The position numbers and the translations under genes are program-made. Positions 1-14,678 of a stretch of 64,000 nucleotides of DNA are shown here, one piece after another. Numbering within the stretch: the first letter of the stretch is position 1; the number at the start of each line of letters is the position of its first letter. The notes beneath the pieces were generated by a model. It ran no database searches and had not been told where the DNA came from. It saw only the letters and a list, made by a program, of their open reading frames with translations. The stretch is from Eledone cirrhosa. Lineage: Eukaryota. The DNA is taken from contig OZ024743.1 in NCBI GenBank assembly GCA_964016885.1, forward strand, positions 341,682,001 to 341,746,000, written 5' to 3'.

Positions 1-1496
1 ATGAATTTAAGCTAAATCAAAATTATGGGTGTCATGCCAGAAAGACATGCGCCATATCACCCGCAAAATAAGCTCTAAGATTCTAACGAGTAGGTCTGAG
101 CATTTTATAATAACTAGAGATTGATTAACATATAAATAAACATGAATAATCACAGGAGATAATTTTTACAAGTGTGTAACCACACATAGCTAGGTAGGTA
201 ACTAAATAAAGTTGACCAGAACTTCAAAAATAGATATCTTATAATATGATTAATCTTCCCTGATTATATTCCATTAGAGAAATATATTTCACCAATTAAT
301 CAGACGGTAAACCACAGAATTGGATACTTGGATTTTCAACAAGGAAGAGGTTACAGCAATCCGTGTTTACACTTCAAGTTCAAATCAGCGACTGGCCAGC
401 ACGTGTTGTATTTACTAGAAATACACACATCATACTAGCTTCGTCCCAGTGGCGTGAATAGGGTTATTGACAACTAGAAACAGCAGTCGAGTCCTTTCAA
501 CAGAGTTAGCTCTACAATTAAGGAGCCGTATTTATATATCTATATCCAAAATTAAGATAAATCAAATGAATTTAAGCTAAATCAAAATTATGGGTGTCAT
601 GCCAGAAAGACATGCGCCATATCACCCGCAAATTAAGCTCTAAGATTCTAACGAGTAGGTCCGAGCATTTTATAATAACTAGAGATTGATTAACATATAA
701 ATAAACATGAATAATCACAGGAGATAATTTTTACGAGTGTGTAACCACACATAGCTAGGTAGGTAACTAAATAAAGGTGACCAGAACTTCAAAAATAGAT
801 ATCTTATAATATGATTAATCTTCCCTGATTATATTCCATTAAAGAAATATATTTCACCAATTAATCAGATGGTAAACCACAGAAGTGGATACTTGGATTT
901 TCAACAAGGAAGAGGTTCCAGCAATCCGTGTTTACACTTCAAGTTCAAATAAGCGACTGGCCAGCACGTGTTGTATTTACTAGAAATACACACATCATAC
1001 TAGCTTCGTCCCAGTGGCGTGAATAGGGTTATCGACAACTAGAAACAGCAGTCAAGTCCTTTCAACAGAGTTAGCTCTACAATTAAGGAGCCGTATTTAT
1101 ATATCTATATCCAAAATTAAGATAAATCAAATGAATTTAAGCTAAATCAAAATTATGGGTGTCATGCCAGAAAGACATGCGCCATATCACCCGCAAATTA
1201 AGCTCTAAGATTCTAACGAGTAGGTCCGAACATTTTATAATAACTAGAGATTGATTAACATATAAATAAACATGAATAATCACAGGAGATAATTTTTACT
1301 AGTGTGTAACCACACATAGCTAGGTAGGTAACTAAATAAAGGTGACCAGAACTTCAAAAATAGATACCTTATAATATGATTAATCTTCCCTGTATATATT
1401 CCATTAAAGAAATATATTTCGCCAATTAATCAGATGTTAAACCACAGAAGTGGATACTTGGATTTACAACAAGGAAGAAGTTCCAGCAATCCGTGT
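1..1496. repeat. Tandem repeat, 565-bp unit, about 2.6 copies visible (probably continues off the window start)
   Basis: ATGAATTTAAGCTAAATCAAAATTATGGG recurs at 1, 566 and 1131; the copies differ only by scattered substitutions. Confidence 0.95.
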
Positions 1497-1879
1497 ATTC
1501 ATGTTTATTTATATGTTAATCAGTCTCTAGTTATTATATATATATATATAGGAGTGGTTACACAAAAGTTAGTTCACCATACCGAGAAAAATTGTTTCAC
1601 CCCAGCGGATCCTCAGCTCGTAATGGACATGGTTATACGGAACATGAACGCGCATGCCCAGAAACGCTCACTTCGCTCAGGCATTACGAAATTGCGTGCG
1701 AGAGGTGTAAGGGAGATAACTGCGAAAGTCAGAAAATTTCTAGTTGATAAAAAAATTAGGATGTTGTTGTAATTCAATCCGGAGCTTTGTAGTTATGGAA
1801 GAGGTGTTTGAAGACGTGTAGACAACGTGTGAAGAATTCATTACTTGAGTTTAGGCAATCGCTATTGCGTAATTTCTTT

Positions 1880-2450
1880 AGAATATTTATTCGTTCATCA
1901 ATACAGTCCACACGACGGATTTCCCCTTGCGTATGGCTTGGACTTAGTGATGGCTTGCCATTGAATGGAGTAGTCTATACTTAAGACCTTGAGCGACCAT
2001 ACGTGGCTCGCGAGTTTCGTGGATCAACGTCTGTCCGGGTACCTAAAGGTCGACTGGTGGTTCAGGAAGCATTCCTTAAATAGGCTCTCCGCCATACCTA
2101 CATAGGATTTGACATCCTGAGGTTGATTTGATTGGTTGGAAGTGACCACAGCTTCATAAACGTTAGGGGATGTGTTGCACTGCTGTTGAGGGAGACACGC
2201 TGGTGGGTGCTGCTCTTAGGGCTGTTGTTGATGTGGGCCTTCAAGTTCTTAGCGCTGGAGTATCCTAGTTTTACTTTGTTTCGGTTAAAGATGGAGCGGT
2301 ATTTATGATCTATGGGAAAGTGTCTATCTTAGAGGGCTAGAAATGTTTTGCCTACATTGGTTTTAACGTTGAGTGAGAAGGGAGGAGAGAACCAGATAGT
2401 TTGTCTATTGTTACGCTTTCTTTTCTTATTGCTGTTGTTGTTAGTTTTGG
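1880..2450 (-). mobile_element. Degraded Penelope-like element fragment (linker plus GIY-YIG region)
   Basis: ORF 2329..2538 contains RQTIWFSPPFSLNVKTNVGKTFLAL, the PLE WFNPP..V.TNIG motif. The downstream minus-strand sequence resembles an interrupted GIY-YIG nuclease. Confidence 0.8.
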
Positions 2451-2454
2451 AGCT

Positions 2455-3270
2455 TACTATCCAGGGCAAACTCCTACACGAGAAGACGCCGGAGGAAACA
2501 CTACAAATGCTGTTTACGATGGACCAACTCCTAAACAAAAAAGACGAACTTGTAACTGCATGTAAACAGCGAATGCGTAGGACTTAATCTCCCGTCATGA
2601 CCCGGGTGGGTAGACAGTGCCTGCAACATCGTTCTTTTTCCCAATTGCCGAACAAGATAGGGGAAACCCCAGCTAACATACGTAGACTATACTTCTTTTC
2701 TTTTCCTTTTTTCTTTTCTTCTTCCTTTTATGTCTTCCTATCACTTCCTTCCACTCCCTGTCCTCTTCCTTTTCTTTTTTCCTCTGTTCCTACCCCGAGG
2801 CGGCGAATCGGGATTTTGTAGCCTCAGTACGCCCACTCCAGAAAATTATATATAGCATTGGCCGAAAACGCAATATCAACTAAATATAGCAGCTGCTTTA
2901 GACTCTAGAGATTTTCTTATTATTTTTTACTATTTAATTTTATTATGTTTATATTTTTTAAATTTATTTATTATCTTTTAATCTCAATTTATTAACCTAT
3001 TCTATAACGTCCTAATCTCTAATTCCTCCAGGATCCTTTTTCGCCTGCTTCCTAACTAGCCTAATTTCATACACACTCCTTAGCATTTGATGTATAGAAT
3101 TCATTTTCAACGCTTGAACGGCTCCACCCACTCCCTCATTGTTCTATAAGGAATTACCCCTTGAAAAATTCGCCTATTTATTTATCACGCTAAAAATTTC
3201 TAATTTAATCCAGAAATAGTCGTCGAAACGGCTTGAGCTCTGCCGTCGGAGTTAAACATTTTCCTATATC
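2455..3270 (+). mobile_element. PLE 3' end and pLTR, related to the 58.8-63.5 kb family (family A)
   Basis: LLNKKDELVTACKQR matches NKIDELVTACKHR of ORF 60370..60765. The segment ends in the same GTCGAAACGGCTTGAGCTC motif as the family A pLTRs. Confidence 0.8.
3156..3252 (+). ncRNA. Type I hammerhead-like motif, family A, with a U3-A8 core variant
   Basis: ACCCC-TTGAAAA-[long helix II, CGCCTATTT/AAATAGTCG]-GAAA-CGGC-TTGAGCTCT-GCCG-TC^GGAGT. Confidence 0.55.
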
Positions 3271-4286
3271 TGTTGGATGTACATCGTAAACGATGATGAC
3301 ATCTTTTTTATTGTTGTTCCCCTCTGCCGTGGGCCCGAAGGTGGATGTGGAGGCCGGTCCTTGATCTGCAGGTCCATGGACAGTGGGGGCAGGGGAAGAG
3401 ACTGGGGTCAGACTGGTAACTTCCAGAGGTTACCTCCACCCCTCGCCCATCGCCGCAGGGCTTTGGGAGTGCACGCTAAAGAAGAAACCTGTGCGGGAAT
3501 GTTTTATAGGGGGAGGGCCAGTACACAGTCACGGTACCACTCACTCGGCCGTAGAAGCCAGAATCCAGTGGTACGGAGGACCGTCACGACCAGGGATTTC
3601 CTTGGCTGCAGTGGATGGCCACGACGTCTGTAGTGTCTTGCCGTGCCCTAGCTCTCCATACAGCTTGCTGTCGCCGCCTTTGTGACCGTTGGGACGATGT
3701 TGTCTTCCTCCACTCACTCCGCCGAGTCCAGTCTTCGCATGCAGGGGCAGGCATCCCCTATCTAACTCACCAGGGGAGTTTCAGACACGTCCGGCTACCC
3801 TCAACCTGGTTCGGGCCGCCAGCCAAGACGGTTTACCATGGTGTGGCCGCTGTTGCATGATACAGCATTTTGGGGCCACAAGTGAGAGCTGAGTGTCAGG
3901 TGGGACCCAATGCAGGACGGGCTGTACTGAAAAGGGCATGGCTAGCTCTCCCTACAGATGTACATGCCCCTCCCTGACACCCCAGGCATATACACACGCA
4001 TATACATACACATACATATGTACATGTGTATATACATATTTACGCATTTTGGGATGGCCGTTATGAGTTCTTCCACCCTTTGTCACATTTTATTTTTTGT
4101 CCTCCCGGGTGTCCAAAATCACCCTCCTCACAAAGTAAACTTGGTGGGGTTGCCATTTATTCGCCGACGACGCGACCATGCGACAGGTTGTACTGGTTTA
4201 TATGCTACCAGTAGCACTCAAGAGTGACCTGACATATATATATTTATATATGTCATATATATATATATTTATATATATATATATTT

Positions 4287-4325
<39 letters not shown>

Positions 4326-4364
4326 GATATTAACAAATGGAAACTATATTTATAAAACCATATC

Positions 4365-4429
4365 TATTTTATTATACATATTTCAAGGATACCATGTTAA
4401 ATTATGTTATGCTTTCATCAGACAAAATA
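4365..4429 (-). ncRNA. Minimal type I hammerhead ribozyme, family B (inverted copy)
   Basis: Reverse complement of 4563-4627 with one helix II mismatch. Confidence 0.8.
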
Positions 4430-4562
4430 CAATATATACCAGTTTTATAAATAAATATTGACATACCCTTTCAAAATGCAACCGTTACTTTTGGAAGACA
4501 AAATTAACGGTTGCATTTTGAAAGGGTATGTCAATATTTATTTATAAAACTGGTATATATTG

Positions 4563-4627
4563 TATTTTGTCTGATGAAAGCATACCATAATTTAACATGG
4601 TATCCTTGAAATATGTATAATAAAATA
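4563..4627 (+). ncRNA. Minimal type I hammerhead ribozyme, family B
   Basis: TATTTTGT-CTGATGA-AAGCATACCAT..ATGGTATCCTT-GAAA-TATGTA-TA^ATAAAATA. Helix I has 8 bp, helix II is present, and loop III is quasi-palindromic. Confidence 0.85.
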
Positions 4628-4754
4628 GATATGGTTTCATAAATATAGTTTCCATTTGTTAATATCATATATTTACTTTAAATACTTGTCGAGTGCTTTA
4701 TATCAGTTATAAACATATTTGCTTGCTGTATCCCAACAATTTAAATAGAACTTT

Positions 4755-4810
<56 letters not shown>

Positions 4811-5617
4811 GACACAGAACAAAGGAGAGAAATAGAACAAGAGAGATTGCATTAATATGAGGAGAATCATACATAATGAACGCAATGCTAAAGTTGAAAG
4901 TATTCTGACTCCAATATGTTTATTTTAGTCTAAAGAAGAATGATGGAGACAGAAATCTGTTTTGCATATCATTAGGGATTTGAATGGTAAAAATTAACAA
5001 ACCGAGTTTATTAATGGTTAGGCAGAAGGAATATTAAGTAAAGTAAAGACTTGTTTAAGTTCTTATGTCATGGGCAAATGAAATATTGATGTTACAAGCA
5101 AAATTATTTGCGGTGAGGGGACATTTTTTTTAAATATTTATGTTAATGTTGAAGATATAGTATTCGAGAATGTACAAAGAAAATAATCAGATATACACAA
5201 ACGATCGTACACGTATATGTACACACACACACACACCTAAACGTACACCCGCACACACACACACGCGTGCGCCCGCACATTACAGCACCACATCCACAAC
5301 ACATATAGATAAACATGTGATTTTGACTAGAACAGAAAGGATCCCAAAGTAAGTTTACTCAAATACCCATACTAGAGTGAAATAACATTTCCCTTATTTT
5401 GATAAGCTAAATGACTTGAAACAACCTAGTTAACCGGCATGGCTGAGTCGTAACTACCTCGCATTGCTACAACATGGAGCCTGATTCTGTAAACCTGAGT
5501 CAGACATGAGGTAAGACTTTACAACTACAGCCTTCAGTTAACCAATGAGATAGGAGTCAAATTTTGTAGTCGGAAAAATCAAAAGCCAATCGCTCGCGCA
5601 CAGACACACACACACGC

Positions 5618-5729
<112 letters not shown>

Positions 5730-6098
5730 ACACACACATACACACACATGCACGCACGCACACACACATACACACACACGCATACATATATAAATATAGG
5801 TCGGATGGTCTATATCTCTCCTCGTCTAAGATTTCACAGAACTTAAGTTCACAGATATCACGGACTTGTTTTCCTCTCTTCCTATCTTTCCGTTTCATTA
5901 CCATCTTTGTTTGTTTGCATGTCTCGCTCGCTTCACCCTATTTTACGTGTCCCAATAACTTTCTTTAGTTATTGCTCGCCCAACCAGAGGTATATGATCT
6001 TTAAAGCGAAGAAATACCAATGAAGGCTGGAAGATCACTGATGAAGGGCTAATTTTATTCATATGTAACCCATGTGCAACCACGCAGCACGCCATTTT

Positions 6099-6144
<46 letters not shown>

Positions 6145-6324
6145 GAAATGTATACAAGGAGTTCAAAACCGTTAGAACATGTTTATGTCTATATAACAGT
6201 GCGCCCGGAATGGGTTTGTCAAGGACATGGAAAACAAAACAATGATCAATATAGGACCCAGGAGGGATTTCACGATTAAATTAACATCATAGTCAATTCT
6301 TCTCCTCTGTGCATGTGTTGTTGT

Positions 6325-6510
6325 GGATTGGCAGTATCAGTAGAGGGTCGGACGCCATGCTTTCCAGCATAGTTACGTCCCTTTACGATCTGAGTTCAAA
6401 TCCCGCCGAGGTTGACTTAGCCTTTCATCCTTACGGGGTCGATAAAATAAAGTACCAGTAATACACTGGTTAATTGCTGGCCTTGTGCCTAAAGTAGAAA
6501 CAGTTATTAT
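6325..6510 (+). mobile_element. tRNA-derived SINE, family 1
   Basis: A-box-like TGGCAGTATCAG and B-box GAGTTCAAATCCC, then GCCTTTCATCCTTACGGGGTCGATAAAATAAAGTACCAG (resembles the MetaSINE central domain, from memory) and an ATT-rich tail. About ten copies are in the window. Confidence 0.85.
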
Positions 6511-6799
6511 CACAGAGCAGGGGGAGTAACTCTGGCCGGTGTTCAAAAAATCCATTCTCATTTAGATTGTTATGCCTCTTCATATGCTGGTGTTTAGCAT
6601 CTTTATATTATGTGTGTTGTTTCAATAGTGCCAGTACAGGTCGGGTCTGGGGTGTACATTTATTATTTAGTGGATGTTGGTTCACTAATGCTTGTTCGAG
6701 CATGGTCTGCGATGTACATTTGGTTCACAGATGTTTGTTCATACCGCCTGCCCACCGGGGTGTTATGATTAGGGCAGGGGGACCCAGTTCGTAGTTTTC

Positions 6800-8515
6800 A
6801 TGTCGCAGTCGCTTCCCAGGCAAAATACGATGCCTGCACCCGATGTTTACAATTTATGACTGATTCTGTTCGGCTGTTTATGAGCTCGTGGGGTGTTCTT
6901 ATGATGTAGTACAGCTCCATGAGGCAGAGCTGGTATTTCCCACTGAAGTTGTAGGGTGCAGCCCTACCGACAATATCTCAGTGTGTGGGGGAGCTGATGT
7001 TGGCGTCTTGTAATGTGGTGACGTAGTTGGCAAGCGATGTGGAGTGCCTTAGTATTTTTGTTCCTGAAAGAGTGGAGATGCGTTCTAAATCTCGTTTTAA
7101 ACGAGCCAGAAGTGGCTCCTATATATTGTTTAACTCCGCTATGGCTAGTTACGGTGCACCTATAAGTAACCTTATCAGTCAGGCAGTTTCCCCTGAGAGG
7201 GCAGCCTCCCCTGTCACGACAGTTGCATTTTCCGTCACGGTCGCTCCTGGTTCCTGAAGTAAAGATATTACTATTGCTACCTATGTTGTTATCTATGTCT
7301 CTAACTCGGTCATTGGTACTGTTATCTCTCGAGGCGTGCGGTGTTGTACCATTATCACTCCGCACGCCGCAGCCCGTTCTGTTGCCGGTGGGTGACGCGT
7401 GTGTGTCACCGGTATGTTCTCCAAGCACGCCCTGGATACGTGGGTTTCGTCTGCCGGGGCTGCCACCAACCCTATTTGGTGCTGTTAGGGGGATTTTAAG
7501 GTTATTAGTGTTGTTGTCATGTCTGGATGTATCTGTGCTACGGTGTAGTGTTTTGTACAGTGATTAGTTGCTCCTATGATGTCAGCTAGATTGGGGGTGG
7601 TAGAGAAGGATATTTTGATAGTGTTCCTGTTAAGTATTTTTCTGTATTTATGATTAGGTTGGAAATTCCTCTCCAAGGCTTCGAAGAATATCCTCGGTAT
7701 GTCGGAGGCCACACTCCGAGAGTAGGGGGGGGGGAACCATAGGATATTACGGTGGCGTTTCCCCTTTACAGTGGGTTTGCTACAGGTTGTGCTTCCTAGT
7801 TGACAGTACTTACGGTTGTTCCTGTGCTGTAGCCGGTTATGTGTCCCCCATTACTTTATGTTCAGGTAGGGACGCCTTCCCTCCGTAATTTTTATGTGTG
7901 GCTAGACGCGGGTTTGGGGGGGGGGGGACGTTGGTAATAGGCCGCCGCCGTTGCTGATCCTATAGTTAGGGAATAATTCCAATAGGCTGCAGCGGGTGGC
8001 GTTACCAATCGGGTAACACTTACCATACTGTCGGTTGTCTTGGTCGCCACTCGTGTAATTAACGGTGTGGCCAAGTTTCTTAGTGTGGTTCTCTATACTA
8101 TAGTTCTTGACGCTGTCATGGTTGTAGCGTGCTCTGTTATAGGTATGGCTCACTATAATAATAGTCCTATGTTGTGGTTGGTTTCTATAGCTAGCGTTAA
8201 GGATGTAGGAGATTCTCCGGTTAAAACCGGCATTTAGTAAAACCTAATTATAATATTCGGCCGCTTGGTTGAAGATATCTTCATTGGCGGAGAGCCTCGA
8301 GATCGTATGGGATATGCTATATACTATGGAGTTGAGAGTAGACTTAAGGTGGTTAGATGCATAGTTTATATAAGACAAGATCTCCCGGGACTTATGGTAT
8401 GGATTGTATAAGCCCGTGCTCAACTCCAGGGTTACGTCTAGAAAATTGACTATTTGGTGGTTGAGGTCCATAGTCACTGATAGGCTATATGTCTTGAAGA
8501 ACCTATATATGCATT
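6800..8515 (-). mobile_element. 5'-truncated, frameshifted PLE (RT C-terminus, linker, GIY-YIG)
   Basis: IVNFLDVTLELSTGLYNPYHK (8244..8558); RKILNRNTIKISFSTTPN (7485..7712); CNCRDRGGCPLRGNCL..VTYRC..YIGATSGSFKTRF (6964..7428). Confidence 0.92.
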
Positions 8516-8519
8516 TGCG

Positions 8520-8636
8520 TAGGCGCGTGGCTGAATGGTTAGAGATTTGGATTCGCAATCGTGAGGTTATAAGTTCGATTCCCGGACCGGCTGATGCGTT
8601 ATGTCCCTGAGCAAAATATTTTATTTCACGTTGTTA
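8520..8636 (+). mobile_element. tRNA-derived SINE, family 2 (CORE-like), partial
   Basis: TGGCTGAATGGTTAG...AAGTTCGATTCCC, then GTCCCTGAGCAA. A homologous copy lies at about 9820. Confidence 0.7.
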
Positions 8637-9339
8637 CCCTACCTGGATTTGCGACCGATAGATGTTATCAGCATTGGTAAGACTATTGGAAATATTGTTT
8701 TCTCGTATCGATTTGGCGAACAACAATCGACTGACAATATATATATGGGTGTGTGTTTGTGTATACTGCATACATATATACATATATAATATAGAACATT
8801 CAGTAATATTCTTTATTAGTGGAAGTGGTACTAATGTGAGCGCTTGACACCATAGCAGTAAATATTTAATTTGATGCAAGTTTCATTTTAATACGCCTTT
8901 ATTAAATATCAACCTTTACATATGTTCCACGGATGATTGATTCGAGATATGTATTGATATGATAGATCTGATACTAGCATCGATCTACTTCTGAGTTGCA
9001 TGAAGTGAATTCATCATTGCGTTGGATCATAGGAAAGGTAGTCGCGAGTGTATCTAAGATTGCTCATGATTACATGGGCACTTTCAAGACTAGCGAAAGC
9101 ATGTTACACGGTACTACATCATACTCAATTTCTATTGACGGCTGTAATTGTAGAATGTATATATATTTATATATATATACGTTTAAATTTGGGGGGAATT
9201 GTAAAGCACTCGACGTTATGTAACTGATTCATCTTTGATGCTGAATCATGTTGGTGGTGCGGGAACGGAGTAAATATATTATAAAGTGAAATGACAGGAG
9301 GCCAAATATATTGAATTTCCCTAATTATTTATTTCTGCA

Positions 9340-9800
9340 AACACTATGCACACTTCAGTTGCCAGGTTGCGTAAGAACCCTATATATATATATATATATG
9401 TGTGTGTGCAAATGATTATAATATAACGGTGATGAATTTGTTTTGCAAGGTTATTTATATTAAATCGTGTGTTGAAACAAATATTGTTATATTTGAGGAG
9501 GATCATGTTATAATATTGCCAGAGCTTTTTCGTCACACACCTGCGAAATCATCAGTGAAACTGTTATGTTTCATCTGCTGATGTCACAGGTGTGTGACGA
9601 AAGAAATCTAAGAGACTATATTTATATCTATATATAACTTTTGGTCAATCAATGATGAACATTTAAAGCCAGCTAAATTAATTATAGAAATACAAAATAT
9701 ACTGCAGCGAAAACCAACCCAAACCAAACAATGAGTGTATTTTATTATATATTTCTGGCAATATTTAACATGAGCCTCCCCAAATATAACAATATATATT
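9340..9800. mobile_element. Degraded inverted pLTR pair (family C) with hammerhead remnants
   Basis: TTTCGTCACACACCTG (9527) and CAGGTGTGTGACGAAA (9587) form an inverted pair. The minus strand reads CTGATGA-TTTCGCAGGTGTGTGAC-GAAA-AAGC-TC. Confidence 0.6.
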
Positions 9801-9819
9801 ATTCCACTATCGATTTGTG

Positions 9820-9965
9820 AAGGCGCATGGCTTAGTGGTTAGAACATTGGGATTGCAATCGAAAGGTTATGAGTTTAATTCTCTGAGCGAATAATGTTTT
9901 GTTTCCTTGAGCAAGACATTTTTTTTTCACGCTGCTCCAGTTTACTCAGCTGTAGAAATGAAATG
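9820..9965 (+). mobile_element. tRNA-derived SINE, family 2
   Basis: GGCGCATGGCTTAGTGGTTAG...TCCTTGAGCAAGACA...GCTCCAGTTTACTCAGCTG. Confidence 0.7.
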
Positions 9966-10309
9966 ATAGGACTAGGGTCCCTATCATTAAATTACCCAAG
10001 ACACCTCCAACGAGATATACCTTGAAGGAGGCCAACTAAACCTGCATAGGTGTGAGCTATTACTTTGGGTAAGGTGAGAAAAGCTCAAAGCATTCTTAAG
10101 GTGTTCACCACGTAAGGGATTTAAAACAATCGAAATAATCTCCCGAAGTTTAAAGTTTTTTGCTGTTAAAGTGAAGGGAATTAATGTTTTAAATTTAATC
10201 CATCTTTAATATCTACAATAGTTTCTTCACCCATGATAAGCTTACATGTACATGCAAACAACGTTATAACTAATTAACAATTATTAACAATTATTTATAC
10301 AATATGGGA

Positions 10310-10495
10310 TGGATTGGCAGTTTCGGAAGAAAGTCGGATGCCATGCTTCCCTGCATAGAGTTATTACCATTTACGGACGGAGTTCAAATCCCGCCGAGGT
10401 TATCTTTGCCTTCCATCCTTATGCGGTCGATAAAATAAAGTACCAGTAATCTACTGAGTAATTGCTGGCCTTGTGCCAAAAGTAGAAATAATTAT
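10310..10495 (+). mobile_element. SINE family 1
   Basis: Homologous to 6325-6510. Confidence 0.85.
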
Positions 10496-11288
10496 TTATA
10501 CAATATACACACCAGCTGCGTATCACCAGGATTGTTAAGAGGGATTGAATTTATCAAAAACACGCGAAGAGAACCAACGTTGAATATAGGTGAGCAATCA
10601 AGAAAGCAAATGATGCCGCTAGATGTACAAGGTGGTAATTATGGTGAAAAAGGATGTTTCCAGCTTAGGCGTAAGGCGATATATATTATTTCCCTTAAGC
10701 GTAAGAAAACATATATTGGTGTATACGTAAACCTAATACAGAGAAAGAAGTAATCACTCCAAAAGTCATACCAGTAATTAAGTAGTTTTTGCTTTAATAG
10801 ATTTGCAAAAGGTAAGTACAAAATTAGGATTAGTCAAGTTACTCAAATATAACAGAAAATTAGGAGTCGAAAACAAATTTGCTTGATTATATACGGCATG
10901 CTAAATTCTAATATCTAGCCCCAAATGCAAATCAGAAAAGTGGTGTAATATTAACGGGGTGGTGTATTATGGCTTAAGTAGTTTGTTTAATTTATCCTAC
11001 GTTAAAGCGTGGCTTTTTATATTTATATTTATTAATTATTAAATATCTCCGGGTAATTAGTGGTGTAGGTTTAGAAAAGTTATTTACGACTGTGTAGGTT
11101 CTTAACATGAATTACATAAACAAACGAGTATTCCCATGTATACTTATAAATATAGATTCATATACGCCCACGCATATCATCATATCATTACATTTATGTA
11201 TACAGTGTGTATGTTTGCATATGCATGTGAGGTTGTTAACGATTGTAGATATTAAATATGGATTTCATTTGAAAACATTGGTTTTCTT

Positions 11289-11392
<104 letters not shown>

Positions 11393-11643
11393 GGAGAGGG
11401 AGGGATGTGTGTTAGTGTATGTGCGTGAGTGTATGTGCGTGTGTTTGTCTACGGTGCTAGGTCAAGAATAGCTACTAATCAAAGTAGTACTCGAAACACG
11501 GGGAAATGTACAGTAGTTATATAGATATGTAAAATTCTGACCGTGCCGCTAGGTGGTTTCGGCTTGTGAGTTCAGCAAGCCTTTACATCGCTCTCTCTCT
11601 ACACACACATATATATATGTATGTATATATTATTATCATATTT

Positions 11644-11780
<137 letters not shown>

Positions 11781-12036
11781 TATATGTTATGGTATTCCCC
11801 GAATATGTTTTACATAGATACCCACACAAATATAAAATAGGTTTGTGTACGAAACCTTTTAACGTTTTGAATATGACTGGAAATATAGGTCTGAAAAATG
11901 TGTGTGTGCCTTATTTGATGTAAATAATAGTTTAATGTAATATTTAATTAAATGAAAACGTTGATAGAAGGTCGGTGGTTATTTAAATTTAATCTTTCTG
12001 TGTTATATTCGATTGTCGGATACTCATATACACATA

Positions 12037-12084
<48 letters not shown>

Positions 12085-12879
12085 TGCGTATGTATATACT
12101 TATGTGTGTCTGTACGTGTATGTATGTGCTAATACGCACACATACTTTCTAAAGCGAAAAATGTGTGGTAAAAGAAATACATAAGAATGTTTGTAAAGAT
12201 AAAAACATAAAAGATAAAAACATAAAAGATAAAAACATAAAGATAAAACTTCGATCAAATGATTGAGGAAGTTACAGAAACATATATTTTCAAATGTAAT
12301 AAATATCAGGTTGTATTTTATTTTAGAAACATTCAGATTTTCAGCAGGAAACACGCTAATACATTTTATTAGAACAAATTATGTATTTATTTCCGAAACC
12401 TGAATAAAACCACTCTTTTAAACAAACAGCCCTATATAGAAAAACAAATGTTGTTTATTAAACTGAATTGTAAACAAAATGTTACAACCTATTATTTTTC
12501 TTTTTCAGAGGATTATTAAGATGTTGTATAGTTAAATAATATATTGAATAACGCAAGGGATGCCATACATTTGTTTGTATCGGATTTACACCGAAAGGTG
12601 CACATATATTTCAACAAAAGTATAGAGAATGAAGCAACAAAGTAGCCTTCAAATAATCGCTACAATTACTAGAGAATAAAAAAATCTTCCTCAAATTACA
12701 TTCTACCGTATTGAAAATATATTTCGGGATAGATGTGCGGAAATGTCCCTACATTGCCTGAAACTGAGTTCTCGAAAGAGAACTTGATGCTCAGTTGTAG
12801 GTATATATGAATATATAAGTATGTATGTGTGTCAAGGCAGAATTCTAGGAGAAGGAAAACTCTGATATAACACCTGCAA

Positions 12880-13330
<451 letters not shown>

Positions 13331-14627
13331 AGGGGGTGTCACTTGGAGTTACTGCAGGTTCACCCGGGAGAGCACTCGATGTTTAGGTTCACTTCTGTGA
13401 TGAGGTGTAGAGCTATACAGAGTGTAATATATTGAAAGGATAACAAGGACGATTGACTACTCCTTCATTGCATTTATTGATAGGTGACGCGCGTTTCGCC
13501 ACTGATCAGCTCAAGGTTCGATCTGTATCGATCCTACCCGACTCAATAATCGGCGGCTCGACGGACCCTTTTAAAATGCTATAAGAAAATGGAATACATG
13601 CTATGTGGTAAAGTCAGAGTTTCAAGAGTTTGACAAAATGAGTTGTTTTGATTGGTGGGAAGGATCAAGGGGATGTACTGTCCTATAGTGTATGTGGGGG
13701 TGGATGTGATGGTGAGATGTTGGTGACGGTTGGGCGATGAGATGGGCTGTGGTGTGGTGGTGGCGGGTTGGCCTTGCCCTGTAGTGTATGTGGGATGGAT
13801 GTGATGATAAGATGGTGGTTATGGTCGCTTACTGGGATGGGCTGTGGTGTGAGGTTAGAGGGTTGTCGATAGAATGGGTTATCATGTGTGGAGGTGTGGT
13901 TGTGGTGTTGTTGTTTATGGTAGTGGTGTATGTGGTGGTGCGGTGGATGTGTTGGTGGTGTCGAGTCCTTACGGAGATACATAGCTAGACGCTCTTCGTC
14001 TGACAAATACGTTGTATATATGTATACACACATATATGTATACATGCGCATATCTATTGATGTATATACACACACAACACATACACACACCCTCGCCCAC
14101 ACATATCCACACACACACACTTACACAGCCATATGCATATACACACACATGTATGGGAATGTGGGCATGTGGACACATATAGGGAGAGTGGGGGAGTATC
14201 GGTGGGGGTGGCGTAGGACAAAGATGGAGGGAAAGTGAGAGGCAATGGAGAAGGTGTCATACATATATACATACACATACATACACTCATACACACATAC
14301 GGATATGCGCACATACAAGCACACACATGTATACATAAACATACACACACACACACACACGTATACACACACATATATATACACACATACACACACACAC
14401 ACATACACTTACATGCACATATACGCACACATATACACACACATATAGATTCACTTATATACATATTTATAAATATAAGTATTAAGTTGTTAAACAAGAT
14501 TCGATGATTATGTCAAAGAATGAGTTTTACAGTAGATTGGAAGCACTCAACGAAAAAATAATTTTCAGGAGTTATTAATATTAAAATATAAGTATTAATA
14601 AAATAGATGTTCTTTTGATCAATTACA

Positions 14628-14678
14628 TTTTATTATACATATTTCGGATGTACAACAGTACGTCCTCATCAGACAAAA
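14628..14678 (-). ncRNA. Minimal type I hammerhead ribozyme in a nested pLTR (family E, starting at about 14480)
   Basis: Minus strand: TTTTGT-CTGATGA-GGACGTAC-TGTT-GTACATCC-GAAA-TATGTA-TA^ATAAAA. Confidence 0.85.

Larger units (their letters stand above)
4326..4758. mobile_element. Palindromic pLTR-only insertion (family B) between (TA)n tracts
   Basis: 4326-4487 is the near-exact reverse complement of 4506-4667. The right arm carries about 90 nt of extra tail. Confidence 0.9.

Noticed and set aside
6325-6410. tRNA gene
   Set aside because: The A and B boxes run into a dispersed-repeat body present in about ten copies, so this is a SINE head and not a tRNA.
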